Shown here piece after piece: positions 61,340-64,000 of a DNA stretch of 64,000 nt. The notes under the pieces were generated by a model that did no database searches, was not told the origin of the DNA, and worked only from the letters and a program-made list of their open reading frames with translations. The stretch is from assembly GCF_009914755.1 (NCBI RefSeq), contig NC_060945.1. One strand, written 5' to 3'. The first letter of the stretch is position 1. The number at the start of each line of letters is the position of its first letter. The stretch comes from the human T2T-CHM13v2.0 reference genome, Homo sapiens. A program made the translations under genes and the position numbers.

Positions 61340-62060
61340 TCAAAGCTAATAAAGAATGCAAGGAAACAGGACACATTTTGCAATAAGTAGCAGGAAAAAT
61401 AACAGAAAAAAGTCACAAAAATTGCTGTTCTGGTATTATTACAGACACATTGAAAAACATGTATTTGTATTATGTTCTAAGAAGTAAATTTGAAAATATC
61501 TGCCAAATGAAAAAAATACAATGTAATCTTTCAGTTTTAACATGAAACTAATAACAAATTTTAAAGATAAATGATATTATGACTAAAATTAAACATTAGG
61601 AGCATGAGTATGATAATACTTTGGACACAGCAAAAGAACTAGATCACTGGAAGCTAAATCAGAAAAGCAAATGAGCACATTTCAATACAGTGAGATGAAA
61701 AAATGGAAATGTAGAAGAGTGGTTATCACAAATAATGAGTTGTGTGAGGTGATATATTTAAATAGAGAGCTAGAATAAAATAAATGGAGCAGATAAATAT
61801 GTGAATACTTAATGGTTTAAACTTTCCAAAATGATGAAAGATACATGTGTCCATTCAAGAAACACAGTAAATTTCAAGGAAAAAATAACCACTGAATTAA
61901 CACTTAACAATAAATCTGATGTGAGAGAAAGAGAGAAAACAAGAGCCGGAAAGACAGAGAGAGACAGAGAAAAAGAAATCCTTAAAACAACCATAGGGGA
62001 AAAAAAAAGACACTTTAAAATGTGGCAGCTGGACTACTTATTAAGAGCAACATAGTAACC
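61340..62060 (+). mobile_element. Very old L1M/HAL1 ORF1-like remnant
   Basis: A-rich degenerate sequence with ORF1-like segments (ORF 61831: DREKEILKT). Weak support. Confidence 0.4.
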
Positions 62061-62194
62061 TAAATACATTTTATAATTTACTTCCTTTCATCACACTAAA
62101 GATATCTTGATTTACAATCTTGATTTTTAAACCCAACATATAAATCCTTAATTTATGAACACCTGATACTCACCAAGGAAACCCTAAAAGACAG

Positions 62195-63750
62195 AAGAGC
62201 CAAAATGGCCAGCAAGACAGAGCCAGGAAGATCCTCCACTGAAAGAGCTGACTCTCAAGAAAACCAGCACACTCTGAGCAGATCTTCAAAAAGAAAGCAT
62301 TGAGAGTGGAAGGAGAGAGGATGGAGACACTGGGCTAAAGGATCAGAAAGCTGGGAACCCAGCATGGGATTGTGGAGCACAAGGACTCATTCCTGACCCT
62401 GAGAGGTGAGGGAAGGGGTGAGTTAAATACGATGGAGTGGCTTACTCTTTCCAAAGAGCTCCAGAATCCTAGCTTTACGAGACTTCACAATCCCCATGGA
62501 CATTCGAGCTAGCAAGGAGAGTTGCTTGGAGAAGTAGCAAAGACAGGATTCCAGTACGTGTAGAGCCCAGAAAGTTTGACATAAGAATGGTTCCGGTGAA
62601 GCACAGCCAGGGACACCCATTTCCTAAGGCTTACCACACGCCTCTGAGTGACTTTGGTCATTATTGATTGTCAGACCTGCACAGAGAAGGGCTGTCTTGC
62701 CCGTGGGATATGCCAATGTGATTAGATGCTCTCCTGTCGACTGGCCTCTCCTGGGGTCCCCGCCAGGCCATACCCTCTTGGAGGGCAGCTTTGCATGCCC
62801 AACGAGGGTGCTTCTCAGTGGCCATCACCGTAGCAGCAGACTCGACTCTGCTCTCACTGGAGAGCTTCCGCAAATATACCTCCAACAGTGCACACCTACT
62901 TACAGTCCCCCCTCACTGCATTGCCGGCATGCACTGTGCACAGTCTCCACTCACTGTTTCGCCAGTGTGCACATATGCAGAGTCCTCACTGCAACTGCAT
63001 GGGCCCCACTGATGTGTGTGTGTAAACCCTGACAACCTGCCACTGCCAGGGTGAGTATGAGTATAACATGCCACACTGCACCCCTGCTGCAGCTGGTGCA
63101 CATGTGCGTAAGCATGGACCCCTCAGCAAATGCTCCAATGAAGCACTTTTGTTGTTATCCCCCATTGGACTGTTGTTGCCAGTGGACTGAGAATGCTGTG
63201 GCCCTGTCAGTGCAGCAGGTACTTCATCTTGAGGGGGCATATAACAAAGCTGTGGGCCAGGTCCCAATCCCCCCAGTGTTAGAGCACACATCCCAGGAGA
63301 GCTGAGCTGAGCCTTGGCCACCTGAAATCATCCAGAAATGAAGCCAGTCAATTAAATGCAACTTATAGCATAGTAAACCCTCAACGGCATCAAAGTATAC
63401 AAGTAAAAAGCCCCATGCAAAACAAACAAACAAACAAACAAACAAACTTCAACGATTAAAGGAAGATTAGCTCACAGAGATGAGAAAGAACCAGAACCAG
63501 CATAACTACACTGGCAATTCAATAACACAGAGTGTCTATTTTTAGGTGACCACACTAACTCCCCAGCAACAGCTGTTAACCAGACTGAAAAGACTGAAAT
63601 AATAGACAGAATTCACAAGCTTGATGGCAATGAAGGTTACTGAGATTCAGGAGACAGTTAAAAGCCCATCCAAAGAATCTAAGGAATCAATTAGAAAGAA
63701 ACAAGAGCTAAGAGACGAAATAGTCATTTTTTTAAAAGACCCAAACTCTT
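62195..63750 (+). mobile_element. Old primate L1 5' UTR and ORF1 start (L1PB-like)
   Basis: GAGCCAAAATGGCC start motif, a GC-richer UTR, then GATGAGAAAGAACCAG and coiled-coil-like KVTEIQETVKSPSKESKES. Confidence 0.7.
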
Positions 63751-64000
63751 GCCAGGCACAGTGGTTCACACCTGTAATCCCAGCAATTTGGGAGGCCGAG
63801 GCAGCCAGGTTACCTGAGTTCAGGAGTTCGAGACCAGGCTGGCCAACATGGTGAAACCCCATCTCCACTAAAAATACAAAACTTAGCCAGGCATGGTGGC
63901 ACACACCTGTAGTTCCAGCTACTCGGGTGACTGAGGCAGGAGACTGGCTTGAATTGAGAGGTAGCAGTGAGCCGAGATCACACCACTGCATTCCAGCCTT
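63751..64000 (+). mobile_element. Alu (S/J), cut by the window end
   Basis: GCCAGGCACAGTGGTTCACACCTGTAATCCCAGC...GAGCCGAGATCACACCACTGCATTCCAGCC. Confidence 0.93.

Overview
Primate (most likely human) genomic DNA spanning the edge of a GC/CpG-rich macrosatellite array. Bases 1-29320 are a head-to-tail array of a ~1.41-kb unit of the SST1/NBL2 (MER22) family: 20 full monomers plus a partial first one. The array is layered: a near-perfect 3-monomer higher-order repeat (4227 bp) on the left, a mosaic middle domain, and increasingly diverged monomers at the edge. Almost every monomer carries a promoter-like cassette (NRF1-type palindrome, inverted CCAAT, TTTAAATA, NotI site), a G-quadruplex motif, a 101-codon ORF and a CA/GA microsatellite. 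Only the terminal monomer has a consensus splice donor at the end of that cassette. From 29321 to 64000 the sequence is AT-rich and made of nested transposable elements: old L1s, an apparent L1 3' transduction, an env-bearing ERVL-like provirus containing a deleted HERV-H, Tigger3 split by L1PA, THE1, back-to-back solo LTRs and eight Alus. No credible intact cellular protein-coding gene was found. Repeat family names are from memory of consensus sequences, not from a database search.
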